The notes under the pieces: generated by a model
Database searches by the model: none
What the model was told of the DNA's origin: nothing
The model's input: the letters and a program-made list of their open reading frames with translations, nothing else
Translations under genes and position numbers: made by a program
NCBI GenBank assembly: GCA_965209055.1
Contig: OZ242374.1
Location: 96,001 to 160,000, forward strand
DNA length: 64,000 nt
Source of the DNA: Acidobacteriota bacterium
Lineage (GTDB): Bacteria > Acidobacteriota > UBA6911 > RPQK01 > JAJDTT01
Direction: 5' to 3'
Shown: piece by piece, positions 46,118 to 56,225 of the stretch
Numbering within the stretch: position 1 is the stretch's first letter
How the letters are laid out: every line of letters starts with the position of its first letter

Positions 46118-48003
46118 CTTGCCGCCGCGGTGGTGAAGGTGGCGTCGGTTCCGTAGCTGACGCCCTGCTCGTTTTCTCCCACCAGGCGATAGTGGTAGGT
46201 GGTCCCGGGCGCCAGATCCGTGAGGTTGGAAAAGACCAACCTGGGGGTGACCTGCAACCCGGCATAGCCGGCGGAAGATTCCCGACCGTAACCGGTATCG
46301 GTCCCATACTGGAAATGGAACCGGGTCCGCACGCCCATGGGATTGAGCCGTCCTTCCACCTTGACCGACTGTGCCTGGACCCGGCTTGCCGCGCCGGTCC
46401 TCACCAGGGGACGATGGCCGGCCGGCAGGGTGTAGGTTCGGTCCTCGCCATGGGCCGTGCCTGCTGCGTTCGTTGCCGCCAGCCGGTAGTGATAGGTGGT
46501 CCCCGGCGTCAGGCGGCCGATGTCCGTGTTGACGTTGTAGAGTTCGTCGTCGGTCCTCATGACGGCCCCCGATCCGAAGACCTCGATCTCGCCCAGCCCC
46601 CAGTGACGGGCCTCATATCCCGAAAGGAGGCGTACCTTCAGGTGCCCGGCCCGGGTCGCCAGGCCCTGGTCCAGGGTGAAGGCGAAGTTGGCATTCGGGT
46701 CCCCCTTGCGGGGAAGGGTCCGGCTGAGAATCGGCGTATAGGTTTCTCCGTCCTCCGAGGCCAGGATCTCCACCTCCTTGCCGGGCGCTTCCGGGTTCTG
46801 GTGGAGCTGGATCGCGTCGATGGTCACGTGCCGTTCAAAGGTGTAAACGAACTCCTGGGGCGCTTCCGGGTCGGGAGAGCTCTTCCACATGCGGCCGGAG
46901 CCGTGGCGCCAGCCGTCGGTGAGCGTCGCCGGATCGTCCGGCGAGTCCTGGGGCCAGGAGACCAGCCGGCCTCCGTTGTCGGGGAAGAGCAGCGACTCGT
47001 TGCGGTAGACCAATTGGAATTCGTCGAAATCGATGGATCCCGAGGGCGGGTTCTCCACGTCGATGAACGCCGCCAGGTGGAAGAAGTCGTCGTTGAGGTG
47101 ACCCTGGACCTGGTCGATGGAGCCGTAGTCATAGCGCCGGGCGACGCCCCCTTGCCGGGTAGGATTGTTTCCTCCGTAGCTCCAGTACGAAGTATCGTTC
47201 CAGAGGCGGTAGTCCACCCTGTGCCACTCGCCGTCCATCAGGAAATCGGTCAACAGGAACCCGGTGTAGGCCCAGTTGGACGCCCTCCAGCCGGGATCGT
47301 CCACCATCTCCACGTTGACGTAAGCCTGGCTCCACCAGAGCAACTCCGAGCCATTGGGTTTCCAGTCGTTTCCCCGCACCCAGACCGTGACCTTGGCGTC
47401 CCTCAGGTCCGGGTCCCCGGCGGCGAGGCAGGGGCCGGGATCCCGGTCGGGGTCGAGGCAGCGGCCGCACCACAGGTATTTGGTCAGGTGCAGCGTGCCG
47501 ATCCCGTCGTCGTGGTTGTGGTCGTTCCGGCTGGGCTCGGCCAGCCTCACGTATCCTCCCGACGGCCCGCCGGAGGTGAACAGGGACTGGTTCAGCCAAG
47601 TGTCCCAGCCCCCCATTCCCTCGTCCCAGCTCTCGTGGTAGTAGGCGGCCAAACGGGGCGGGAGGGGCCGTTCGGCGGTCCGGAACCCGTAGTCCTTCGA
47701 TGGGCCGTACTCGAAGTAGTAGGTGGTGGGTTCTCCGTGAGGATGAATGGAACCGTTGACGGTCAACGCCCGGGTCCCCAGGGCGCTGCCCGATCCCGTC
47801 GTCACCGTGGGCGCATTGCCCGGGCCGGGGCGTTCCGGCGCTTCCGTGCAGGCCATGAACCAGAAACAGGCTCCCGCCACGAGCCCGCCCATGACCCTGG
47901 TGCGATTCGGGAAGAACCGGGTGGGGCGAAAATAATGTGAAGTGGCTCGCGACGCTCGTAACCTGGACTCTGGCGGCGGGCACTCACGTCGTCGCGTCAA
48001 CAT
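46114..48003 (-). CDS. Putative lipoprotein with FN3-like and F5/8-type-C (discoidin)-like domains
   Basis: Possible lipobox FMAC; two PGTTYHYRL FN3-like motifs; LTDG..W..EILASEDG..LGEIEVFG discoidin-like segment. Confidence 0.65.
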   Translation of the reverse strand: MLTRRRECPPPESRLRASRATSHYFRPTRFFPNRTRVMGGLVAGACFWFMACTEAPERPGPGNAPTVTTGSGSALGTRALTVNGSIHPHGEPTTYYFEYGPSKDYGFRTAERPLPPRLAAYYHESWDEGMGGWDTWLNQSLFTSGGPSGGYVRLAEPSRNDHNHDDGIGTLHLTKYLWCGRCLDPDRDPGPCLAAGDPDLRDAKVTVWVRGNDWKPNGSELLWWSQAYVNVEMVDDPGWRASNWAYTGFLLTDFLMDGEWHRVDYRLWNDTSYWSYGGNNPTRQGGVARRYDYGSIDQVQGHLNDDFFHLAAFIDVENPPSGSIDFDEFQLVYRNESLLFPDNGGRLVSWPQDSPDDPATLTDGWRHGSGRMWKSSPDPEAPQEFVYTFERHVTIDAIQLHQNPEAPGKEVEILASEDGETYTPILSRTLPRKGDPNANFAFTLDQGLATRAGHLKVRLLSGYEARHWGLGEIEVFGSGAVMRTDDELYNVNTDIGRLTPGTTYHYRLAATNAAGTAHGEDRTYTLPAGHRPLVRTGAASRVQAQSVKVEGRLNPMGVRTRFHFQYGTDTGYGRESSAGYAGLQVTPRLVFSNLTDLAPGTTYHYRLVGENEQGVSYGTDATFTTAAAR

Positions 48004-48078
48004 GTCCTGCCCCCTTTCGCGCGGATTCTAACACGCGACCGGCGGAGCGTCCCTCGGGTGAGCGTCAGGCAGGACGAT

Positions 48079-49590
48079 TCATTCTTCGGTGCCTTCCCTT
48101 CCGTCCTCGGCTTCCGCCGTCTCCCAAGTCGCTCGGATCGCCAGGAAGGCGATTCCCTGGAGCAACCGCTCGAAAACAAAGTGATGCAACGGGTAGAGGG
48201 CGTACCAGTAGGCGAGGCCCAGAAATCCCCGGGGGTCGAATTCCGCGGTCTGCCGGACCCTTGACCCCGATCCGTCGGGTTCCACCTCGAACTGGAGCCA
48301 AGCGCGGCCGGGAAGGCGCATCTCGGCGACGAGCCGGAGCAGCCGGTCCTCTTCGTACGCCTCCACTCGCCAGAAATCGATGGTCTCTCCAACCGCCGGT
48401 TGGTCGGGGCTCTTTCGTCCGCGCCGCATGCCGGGACCGCCGGCCAGCAGGTCCAGCGCGCCCCGAACTTTCCAGAGCCAGTCCGACCCGTACCATCCCG
48501 ACTCTCCTCCGATTCGCCGGATCGGCAGGAAGGCCTGCGGGGCCGGAACCGGGACGTAGCGAACTCGAGAATCGACGATCCGGGTCCCGTACCGGGCTCC
48601 GGCCCGGGTCGTGACGCCGCCCAGGGAAGAGATGGCGTCGGACCAGCGTGTCTCCGCGAACTCACGGTCTTCATTGGCGAGCGCCCGCTGGATCGCCTGG
48701 ACCAGCCCGCGAGGACGGATGCCGAACGTCTCGAGGGCTCGCGCGCCGTCGACGACGGTTTCGTTGCGGAGGCTCTCCACGAGCTTGCGGCCCACCCTGG
48801 CGTAGATGGGAGTGATCAGCCCCAGCCACAAGCCGGACAGCCGGGGAGAGAGGACGGGAACGGAGATCATCCTTCGGCGCAGCCCCCGCTGGCGGGCGTA
48901 TTCTTCCATGATGTCGGCATAGGACGCTCGTTCGGACCCTCCAATCTCGATGATCCGGCTCCCTTCAAGAGGAGTCTCCAACCCGGCGATCAGGTATTCG
49001 ATGACGTCTTCCACGGCGATGGGCTGCGACATCGTGTGAACCCAGCGGGGAGTCAGCATGACGGGCAGCTTCTCCACCAGGGACCGGATCATCTCGAAGG
49101 AAAGGCTTCCCGACCCGATGATGATGGAGGACCTGAATTCGATGGTGGGAATCCCGGAGCCGCGGAGAATCCGGCCCACCTCCTGACGGCTCCGAAGATG
49201 GCCCGACAGCCTTGCGCCGCTCCCCAGTCCCCCCAGGTAGACGATGCGCCCGACGCCCGCCTGCCGGGCTGCGGTAGAGAACGCCTTCGCGGCCCTTCGA
49301 TCCTGGTCGGCGTAGTCCCCGGCCGACGCCATGGAGTGCACCAGGTAGACCGCCGTGGAGATCCCGCGCATGGCGTCCGGGAGCGTCTCCGGCTTGAGCA
49401 GGTCCCCTTGCACCACCTCGGTGGTGTCATCGGCCTGTGGCCTTAGGACCTCCGGCCGCCGGACCAGGCACCGAACCGCGCAGGCATCGGCTTCGAGCCG
49501 GCGGAGCAAACGGCCGCCGATGTACCCGGTGGACCCGGTCAGCAGAATTTTTTCCCGGTCGCCGGCCACTGCCGATATTCTCGGCTTCAT
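48079..49590 (-). CDS. Atypical SDR oxidoreductase with C-terminal DUF2867 (YbjT-like)
   Basis: LLTGSTGYIG, YLVHSM, HLRSRQEVG, IIGSGSLSFEM, IDFWRVE, AEMRLPGRAWLQF. Confidence 0.9.
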   Translation of the reverse strand: MKPRISAVAGDREKILLTGSTGYIGGRLLRRLEADACAVRCLVRRPEVLRPQADDTTEVVQGDLLKPETLPDAMRGISTAVYLVHSMASAGDYADQDRRAAKAFSTAARQAGVGRIVYLGGLGSGARLSGHLRSRQEVGRILRGSGIPTIEFRSSIIIGSGSLSFEMIRSLVEKLPVMLTPRWVHTMSQPIAVEDVIEYLIAGLETPLEGSRIIEIGGSERASYADIMEEYARQRGLRRRMISVPVLSPRLSGLWLGLITPIYARVGRKLVESLRNETVVDGARALETFGIRPRGLVQAIQRALANEDREFAETRWSDAISSLGGVTTRAGARYGTRIVDSRVRYVPVPAPQAFLPIRRIGGESGWYGSDWLWKVRGALDLLAGGPGMRRGRKSPDQPAVGETIDFWRVEAYEEDRLLRLVAEMRLPGRAWLQFEVEPDGSGSRVRQTAEFDPRGFLGLAYWYALYPLHHFVFERLLQGIAFLAIRATWETAEAEDGREGTEE

Positions 49591-49730
49591 GTATCCATTG
49601 TCCGAAATTTCCGGAGCGGCGGCGGAGGAGCAGCGGAGGAACGGCGGCGCAGCGGCGCCTTGCCATGCGCCGATCTTCCGGAGATACACCGGGCAACAAA
49701 CCGTGGCGCCGCCGCCCACGTCGCGCCAGG

Positions 49731-52127
49731 TCAGAACCGCATCTTCAACCGCACCGTGGCCAGCCGGCCGGGCGCCAGGGCGGTGCCCGAGAACAGGCCG
49801 TTGAAGTTGATCACGTTGAGCCGGTCGGTCAGGTTGCGCACGTCGAACTGTATCGAGACCGATTGCGCGTCGGCCTCCCAGAGCCGGGCCCCGACGGAAA
49901 GATCAAGGCTGAAATTGGGCCGGACTCTGGCCCGCTCGAAATTCACCCGCGCCAGAATCTCCGGAGCAATGAAGCGCTCTTCATCGGCGCCGGATTCCGG
50001 CGCCTCTCCTTCTTCCTCGTCCTCACCCTCATCGTCGTCTTCGTCGTCGGCCAACTCCACCGGCAACCCGCTGCCGTACCGGGCCCCGATCCCGAGCCAG
50101 ACCCGCCGGTGGAGATCGAACAAGAACCGGGCTGCGACCGTGTTGCGCTGATCCTGACTGATGGGAAACCGCTCGACCACATCCCGCAATTCCTCCGCCT
50201 CGCCTCCCTCGATGAACAGCCCTCCCGTTACGGGCGAGGTGGCCCGGCCCAGCAGGTTCGAATAGCTGACGAAGGAGGAGACCCGTCTCCAGCGCGGCAG
50301 CTCGAGCCGGACTTCGGTCCCCTCGATGCGGGCCGTGTCGAAGGTGATGGGGAACGAGACGCCCGTGTTCAGAAAGACGTCGTCGTCGATGTAGTTCCGA
50401 AAGGTCCGCCAGTAGTGGCTCAGGTCGAGGCGCAAAACGTTGGCCACGGTCTTGCGCAACCCGATCTCGAAGAAGTTGGCCCGGCTCGCGGGCACCGGGA
50501 TCGTTCCCTCGACGGCGTCGATCTCCAATGCCGGGGCCCCGCTGGACAGCAGCAGATTCTCCATGGGAGGCGGTTGGAAGATGCGGTCGTAGGAGGCGAA
50601 CAATTGTATTTCGGCCTTGGGGACGTAGTAGCTGACGGCGGCCCTGGGGCTGACGGCCGTGTCCTCCACCAGCAGGCTGTAGGCATCGAAGCGGACTCCC
50701 AGAGTCGTGGCGAAGTTTCCGAGACGGATCTGGTCCTGAACGAACAGGCCCATCTCCGTGCTGCGCCGCTCGTCTTGGAAAGCCAGGTCCGGGCGGCTCG
50801 ATTCTCCCGGTGCCGACAGGAGAAAGACCTCGTGGATGTCGTTGATCCGGACGTCGCCCCCGAACTTCAAGGTGTGCCGATGATGGTCGACGGTGACGTC
50901 GCCGACCAACGCGGCTTCGCGAAATCCGCGATCCTGCCCGACATGGACCGGGGTCGCCAGCGGGTTGCTCCACAGCTCGCTGGAAAGGTCTCGGATCATT
51001 CCACGTATGGAGCCCAATGTGCTCGGCGAGATGGTCCGCTGGTAGTGGATCTGCCCGGCCATCTCGCCCATGCGGCGATCCTGGCGCTGTCCCGCCGCCT
51101 GCTGTTCCAGGTCGTTGGGCACCAGAAATCCGGTACGGTTGTACCGGAGGTAGGCGGTCAACTGGTCGCGAGGGGAAAGGTCATGGGCCAGCCGGGCGTT
51201 GACGCCTCCCGCACTTGCCCGGTTGGTAAAGTTCTCGATGGAGGGCGGGTCCAGGTATCGATCCGTAATTCCGGATTGCAGTCCTATCGAGAAGGAACTG
51301 CGGTCCGCGGCGAACTGGTGGGACATGGAACCGAACCAGGTTCCGTATCCCCCGGCCTGCAGATCCAGAGCCGTGTGGTGTCCCCGCCGCTCGGCCCGGC
51401 GTGTGTCCAGCGCGATCACTCCCCCCAACCGGCGGCCGTACTCGGCCGGGATCCCGGCCGTGAGAACGTTCACCGCTTCGAACTCGTCGTTTTCGAACGC
51501 GGGGGCGAACGCGATGGATCGGTTGTCGTAGAGGGGCATCCCGTCGATGACGTATTGGGTGTCGTATTCCGAACCTCGCGGATGCAGGACGGCGTTGGCC
51601 TCCAGCAGCCAGCCGGGCAGGGTGGTCACGACGTCGATGGTGCTGCGGCCCAGAGTCGTTCCGGGAGTGCGATTCAAGTTCATCCGCCCCACTTGCATGG
51701 CATTGGAGGGTTGCAGGGGATCCAGGAGAGGCGCCGAATCTTCGACCGTCAATTCCTCGTGGGGCGTGCCGACCTCCAGGACGACTTGAACGGACTGCGG
51801 GACTGCCGAGCGGATCTCCACTCGCCGGGACAGGTCTTCGAAACCGGCATGGGAGACCGTGAGCCGGTACTGGCCGGGGCGCAAACGCTTGAGGACGGCA
51901 TGGCCTGTCTCGTCGGCCGTCACAGTCGCGACGAATTCCGGGCTCCGGCCGACGAGTCGGACCCCGGCCGGGATCGCGCCGCCGCTGGGATCGGACACCT
52001 GGACCGCCAGGCGCCCTTCCATGACCTGCGCCATACCCAGCGCAGGCAATCCAAGGGCTGCCAGTCCGGCGGCAACCAAGAGCCGGGGAAAACGCAGCAA
52101 GAGATAGGGCATCCGGCTCTCCATCAT
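49731..52127 (-). CDS. TonB-dependent receptor with N-terminal carboxypeptidase-regulatory-like domain
   Basis: Signal peptide; VSDPSGGAIP..PGQYRLTVSHAGF; plug LHPRGS..YVIDG; PAEYG; NLTDR; C-terminal MRF. Confidence 0.88.
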   Translation of the reverse strand: MMESRMPYLLLRFPRLLVAAGLAALGLPALGMAQVMEGRLAVQVSDPSGGAIPAGVRLVGRSPEFVATVTADETGHAVLKRLRPGQYRLTVSHAGFEDLSRRVEIRSAVPQSVQVVLEVGTPHEELTVEDSAPLLDPLQPSNAMQVGRMNLNRTPGTTLGRSTIDVVTTLPGWLLEANAVLHPRGSEYDTQYVIDGMPLYDNRSIAFAPAFENDEFEAVNVLTAGIPAEYGRRLGGVIALDTRRAERRGHHTALDLQAGGYGTWFGSMSHQFAADRSSFSIGLQSGITDRYLDPPSIENFTNRASAGGVNARLAHDLSPRDQLTAYLRYNRTGFLVPNDLEQQAAGQRQDRRMGEMAGQIHYQRTISPSTLGSIRGMIRDLSSELWSNPLATPVHVGQDRGFREAALVGDVTVDHHRHTLKFGGDVRINDIHEVFLLSAPGESSRPDLAFQDERRSTEMGLFVQDQIRLGNFATTLGVRFDAYSLLVEDTAVSPRAAVSYYVPKAEIQLFASYDRIFQPPPMENLLLSSGAPALEIDAVEGTIPVPASRANFFEIGLRKTVANVLRLDLSHYWRTFRNYIDDDVFLNTGVSFPITFDTARIEGTEVRLELPRWRRVSSFVSYSNLLGRATSPVTGGLFIEGGEAEELRDVVERFPISQDQRNTVAARFLFDLHRRVWLGIGARYGSGLPVELADDEDDDEGEDEEEGEAPESGADEERFIAPEILARVNFERARVRPNFSLDLSVGARLWEADAQSVSIQFDVRNLTDRLNVINFNGLFSGTALAPGRLATVRLKMRF

Positions 52128-52265
52128 AGTCGGGACAGTGACGGGCGCCCAACAATCGGCCTTGAAGCCTCCCCGCCATTCCTCCTTCTCGTTGGTCCCG
52201 GAAACCGGGCTGTGATAGGTTTTCCGGAAAGATCCCACCCTTCCACCGGAACCGAAGGAGCCATC

Positions 52266-53786
52266 ATGCGGGTACCAGTAACTATGTTCGCATTCCTGGC
52301 CTGGAGCAGCGCTTCCGTTTGGGCCCAGGAATCGGGACTGGAAATCGGCTCCCGGCTGGAGCTGTTCGTGGATGACGCCCTGATCGAGGAGACCCGCGGG
52401 GACGCCCGGGTGGAGCTCCGCCGGCCCGTTCCCAGGGAGGTCGTCCTGGTGACCGACCGGAGCTGGGAAGGGAATGCGTGCGGCCACTTCACCATATTCC
52501 AGGACGACGGCCGCTACCGCATGTATTACCGGGGGTCCCACTTCGAGACCGGCAAGAGGCTGGTGCGTCCGCATCGAGAGGTGATCTGCTACGCCGAGAG
52601 CCTGGACGGGGTCCGCTGGTACCGCCCCAACCTGGGCATGGTGGAGTTCGAAGGGTCCAAAGCCAACAACATCATTCTGGACCGGCTTCCCGTGGGAGGA
52701 TCGGTTCACAATTTCGTCCCCTTCAAGGACGCCAACCCCGCGGCGGCGCCGGACGCCCGCTACAAGGCCGTGTCGAGAGGGAGTCCGGAACGGGGGCTCT
52801 ACGCCTGGAAGTCTCCCGACGGCATCCACTGGGACCTCATGTCCGACAGGCCCGTCATCACCAAGGGTTATTTCGATTCTCAGAACCTGGCCTTCTGGGA
52901 TTCGGTGCGCGGCGAGTATCGCGAGTACCACCGGGAATTCAGAAAGGCCGCCGGGTTGCCGGAGGGACATCGCGGGCTCCGCGACGTTTTGACCGGCACC
53001 TCCCAGGACTTTCTGAACTGGACCGAGCCGGTCTGGCTCCGCTATCCCGGCGCGCCTGACGAGGAGCTCTACACCAACCAGATCCGGCCCTACCACCGGG
53101 CTCCACACATCCTGTTGGGCTTTCCCAGCCGCTACATCGAGCTGGGATGGTCCGATTCCATGAGAGCCCTTCCCGAGTTGGAGCACCGGCGCCTGCGAGC
53201 CGGAGTCCATATTCGTTACGGCACGGCTCTGACCGAGGGCCTCTTCATGGCCGGCCGGGACCGGATCCGCTTTCACCGCTGGGAGGAGGCCTACATCCGT
53301 CCGGGGCTGAGGCCGGTGGACAATTGGGTCTATGGGGACAACTTTCAGAACTGGGGCATCGTGGAGACCCGAAGCCACATCGAGGGAGCTCCCAATGAAC
53401 TCTCGGTCTATGTCAACGAGAGTTACTGGAGGGGGGACGGAACCAAACTTCGACGCCATACCCTTCGAATCGACGGTTTCGTGGCGGTGACGGCTCCCAT
53501 GGCGGGGGGCGAGATCGTCACCCGGCCTCTCGTCTTCGAGGGCGGGCGACTCACCCTCAACTTCTCGACGTCGGCCGCCGGAAGCATCCGGGTGGAGCTG
53601 CAGGATGCGTCGGGTACCCCACTGGAAGGTTTCGGCCTCGACGACTGCTCCGTGGTCTTCGGCGACGAGCTGGAAAGGGAGGTCCGGTGGAAGGGAGGGC
53701 CCGACGTCTCCTCCCTCGCGGGCCGTCCAGTGCGGCTGCGCTTCGCGCTCCGGGACGCGGACCTGTTCGCCCTCCGATTCCGGTGA
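52266..53786 (+). CDS. Secreted GH-like beta-propeller protein (paralogue 2, tandem copy A)
   Basis: AAGGAG RBS, signal peptide; LELFVDD, SLDGVRWYRPNLG, SPDGIHW, FDSQN, LRIDGF, family C-terminus. Confidence 0.75.
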   Translation: MRVPVTMFAFLAWSSASVWAQESGLEIGSRLELFVDDALIEETRGDARVELRRPVPREVVLVTDRSWEGNACGHFTIFQDDGRYRMYYRGSHFETGKRLVRPHREVICYAESLDGVRWYRPNLGMVEFEGSKANNIILDRLPVGGSVHNFVPFKDANPAAAPDARYKAVSRGSPERGLYAWKSPDGIHWDLMSDRPVITKGYFDSQNLAFWDSVRGEYREYHREFRKAAGLPEGHRGLRDVLTGTSQDFLNWTEPVWLRYPGAPDEELYTNQIRPYHRAPHILLGFPSRYIELGWSDSMRALPELEHRRLRAGVHIRYGTALTEGLFMAGRDRIRFHRWEEAYIRPGLRPVDNWVYGDNFQNWGIVETRSHIEGAPNELSVYVNESYWRGDGTKLRRHTLRIDGFVAVTAPMAGGEIVTRPLVFEGGRLTLNFSTSAAGSIRVELQDASGTPLEGFGLDDCSVVFGDELEREVRWKGGPDVSSLAGRPVRLRFALRDADLFALRFR

Positions 53787-55342
53787 CGTCGACCTGAACC
53801 ATCGACCCAAGGAGACTCATCATGCCATTGCGAGTGATCTTGTTCGTCCTCCTGTTCTGGAACGGTATTTCCGTCCGGGGCCAAGATGCGGGACTGGAGA
53901 TCGGGTCGCGCCTCGAGCTGTTCGTGGACGACCGGCTGATCGAGGAGACCCGGGGAGCCGCCCGGCTCGAACTTCGGCGGCCCCAACCCAGGGAGGTCGT
54001 CCTCGTGACCGATCGGAGTTGGGAGGGCAACGCGTGCGGTTACTTCACCGTCTTTCAGGACGGCGGCCGCTATCGCATGTACTACCGCGGATCCCAATTC
54101 ATCACGGGCGAAACCCTGAAACTCGGGCATCGCGAGGTGGTCTGCTACGTGGAGAGCCTGGACGGGATCCGCTGGTACCGTCCCAATCTGGGTCTGGTGG
54201 AGTTCGAAGGGTCGAAATCCAACAACATCATTCTGGACCGGATTCCCGTGGGCGGCACGATTCACAATTTCGTGCCGTTCAAGGATGCGAATCCGGCGGC
54301 CGCTCCGGACGCCCGCTACAAGGCCCTGTCCAGCGGGAGCGAGTCACGGGGACTCTACGCCTGGAAGTCTCCCGACGGCATCCACTGGGACCTCATGGCC
54401 GACCGGCCGGTCATCACCAAGGGCGCCTTCGATTCCCAGAACCTGGCCTTCTGGGATCCGGTGCGCCGCGAGTACCGCGAGTACCACCGGTACTTCAGGA
54501 AGCTTGACGGCGACCCCGGCGGAAGGCGCGGCATCCGCGACATCCTGACCGGCACTTCCCGGGACTTTCTGGACTGGACCGATCCCGTCACGCTCAGCTA
54601 CCCGGGTGCGCCTGACGAGGAGCTCTACACCAACCAGATCCTGCCCTACTACCGGGCTCCCCACATCCTTTTGGGCTTTCCCACCCGCTACGTCGAGTGG
54701 GGATGGACCGATTCGATGAAGGCCCTTTCCGAGCAGGAGCACCGGCGACTGAGAGCGGGGGTCCATGTCCGGTTCGGCACGGCACTGACGGAGGGCATCT
54801 TCATGGCCGGACGGGACCGGACCAGTTTCCGGCGCTGGCAGGAGGCCTTCGTTCGTCCCGGACTGAGGCCGGTGGACAACTGGGTCTACGGGGACAACTA
54901 TCAGAACTGGGGTCTGGTGGAGACCCGAAGCCATATGGAGGGAGCGCCCAATGAGCTCTCCGTCTATGTGAATGAGGGCTACTGGAGGGGGAACAGCACC
55001 AATATCCGCCGCTATACCCTTCGAATCGACGGCTTCGTGGCGGTGACGGCTCCCATGGCCGGAGGCGAGATCGTCACCCGGCCTCTCGTCTTCGAGGGCG
55101 GGCGACTCATCCTCAACTTCTCGACTTCGGCCGCCGGGAGCATCCGCGTGGAGCTGCAGGACGCGGCGGGAACTCCCCTGCAGGGTTTCAGTCTCGACGA
55201 CTGCTCCGTGGTCTTCGGCGACGAGCTGGAAAGGGAAGTCCGTTGGAAGGGAGGGCCCGATGTCTCCTCCCTGGCGGGCCGTCCGGTGCGGCTGCGCTTT
55301 GCGCTCCGGGACGCCGACCTCTTCGCCCTTCGCTTTCGCTGA
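52327..55342 (+). repeat. Tandem gene duplication (~1.45 kb unit)
   Basis: Long near-identical DNA tracts, e.g. 53461-53780 vs 55017-55336. Confidence 0.85.
53822..55342 (+). CDS. Secreted GH-like beta-propeller protein (paralogue 3, tandem copy B)
   Basis: AAGGAG RBS; same length (506 aa) as copy A and highly similar in DNA and protein outside the signal peptide. Confidence 0.75.
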   Translation: MPLRVILFVLLFWNGISVRGQDAGLEIGSRLELFVDDRLIEETRGAARLELRRPQPREVVLVTDRSWEGNACGYFTVFQDGGRYRMYYRGSQFITGETLKLGHREVVCYVESLDGIRWYRPNLGLVEFEGSKSNNIILDRIPVGGTIHNFVPFKDANPAAAPDARYKALSSGSESRGLYAWKSPDGIHWDLMADRPVITKGAFDSQNLAFWDPVRREYREYHRYFRKLDGDPGGRRGIRDILTGTSRDFLDWTDPVTLSYPGAPDEELYTNQILPYYRAPHILLGFPTRYVEWGWTDSMKALSEQEHRRLRAGVHVRFGTALTEGIFMAGRDRTSFRRWQEAFVRPGLRPVDNWVYGDNYQNWGLVETRSHMEGAPNELSVYVNEGYWRGNSTNIRRYTLRIDGFVAVTAPMAGGEIVTRPLVFEGGRLILNFSTSAAGSIRVELQDAAGTPLQGFSLDDCSVVFGDELEREVRWKGGPDVSSLAGRPVRLRFALRDADLFALRFR

Positions 55343-55356
55343 CTCCGCGTCTGAAC

Positions 55357-56139
55357 ATGGGATTACTCGACAGCTTCTCCCTGAAGGGCAAAGTGGCGCT
55401 CGTGACCGGCGGGGCGGGGCGGCACGCGCCGGCCTTCATCCAGGGCCTGGCCGAAGCCGGGGCGACGGTCTACGGAGGCGACCTCCGGGCGGACCGGATG
55501 CGGACCGTGGCCGACGGGCTGGCCGAACGGGGCCTGTCGGTGATTCCGGTCCCGTTGGACCAGGGGGACGAGCAGTCGATCCGGGATCTGAAGACCGCCA
55601 TTCTGGATCGGGACGGCGGGCTGGATGTTCTGGTCAATGCCGCGGTGGGCCGGAGCATGGGGGATTGGACCGATGACCCGATGCGCTTCTCCCGGAGCAT
55701 GCAGGTCAACGCGACCGGCCTCTTCTCAGTGACGCGGACGTTCGGCGATGTGATGGCGGAGCGCGGCGGAGGCTCCATCGTCAACGTGGCCTCGATTCAC
55801 GGCCGGATCGGACCCGACCGGAGCCTGTACCAGGGCCTGGACCGCAGTCCCTTCGTTCCCGACTACTTTTTTCACAAAGGGGGCATGATCAATTTCACCC
55901 GGTTCGTGGCCAGCTACTACGGACCGGCCAAGGTGCGATGCAACTGCGTCAGTCCGGGGGGTATCCGGATCCTGCCGGCCACGGATGAGTTCGTCCGGCG
56001 CTACAGCGCCCGCACCATGCTGAACCGGATGGCCGAAGCGCGGGACGTCGCCGCCGCCATCCTGTACCTGGCGTCGGATGCGTCCAGCTACGTGACCGGA
56101 GCCAACCTGGTCGTCGACGGAGGGTATACGGCCATGTAG
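55357..56139 (+). CDS. Classical SDR oxidoreductase
   Basis: VALVTGGAG, LVNAA, SIVNVASIHG, YFFHK (YxxxK), NCVSPGG, TGANLVVDGG. Confidence 0.9.
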   Translation: MGLLDSFSLKGKVALVTGGAGRHAPAFIQGLAEAGATVYGGDLRADRMRTVADGLAERGLSVIPVPLDQGDEQSIRDLKTAILDRDGGLDVLVNAAVGRSMGDWTDDPMRFSRSMQVNATGLFSVTRTFGDVMAERGGGSIVNVASIHGRIGPDRSLYQGLDRSPFVPDYFFHKGGMINFTRFVASYYGPAKVRCNCVSPGGIRILPATDEFVRRYSARTMLNRMAEARDVAAAILYLASDASSYVTGANLVVDGGYTAM

Positions 56140-56225
56140 CCGATGCAGAGTCGGTGCCGGAGGGCGCCCGTGCCGTGCGTCGATCCGGATCGGTCCCTCC
56201 GCAGACTTGTCTCGAGAGGTTCGCC

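Noticed and set aside
49437-53810. Two overlapping giant ORFs (1449 aa on +, 1359 aa on -)
   Set aside because: Each is one real gene (propeller A; TonB receptor) extended through the stop-free antisense frame of the other, a common high-GC codon-bias effect. The real starts have signal peptides at 52266 and about 52127.
52266-55342. Possible diversity-generating retroelement template/variable repeat pair
   Set aside because: No reverse transcriptase in the window; both copies are full genes and the differences are not adenine-specific.
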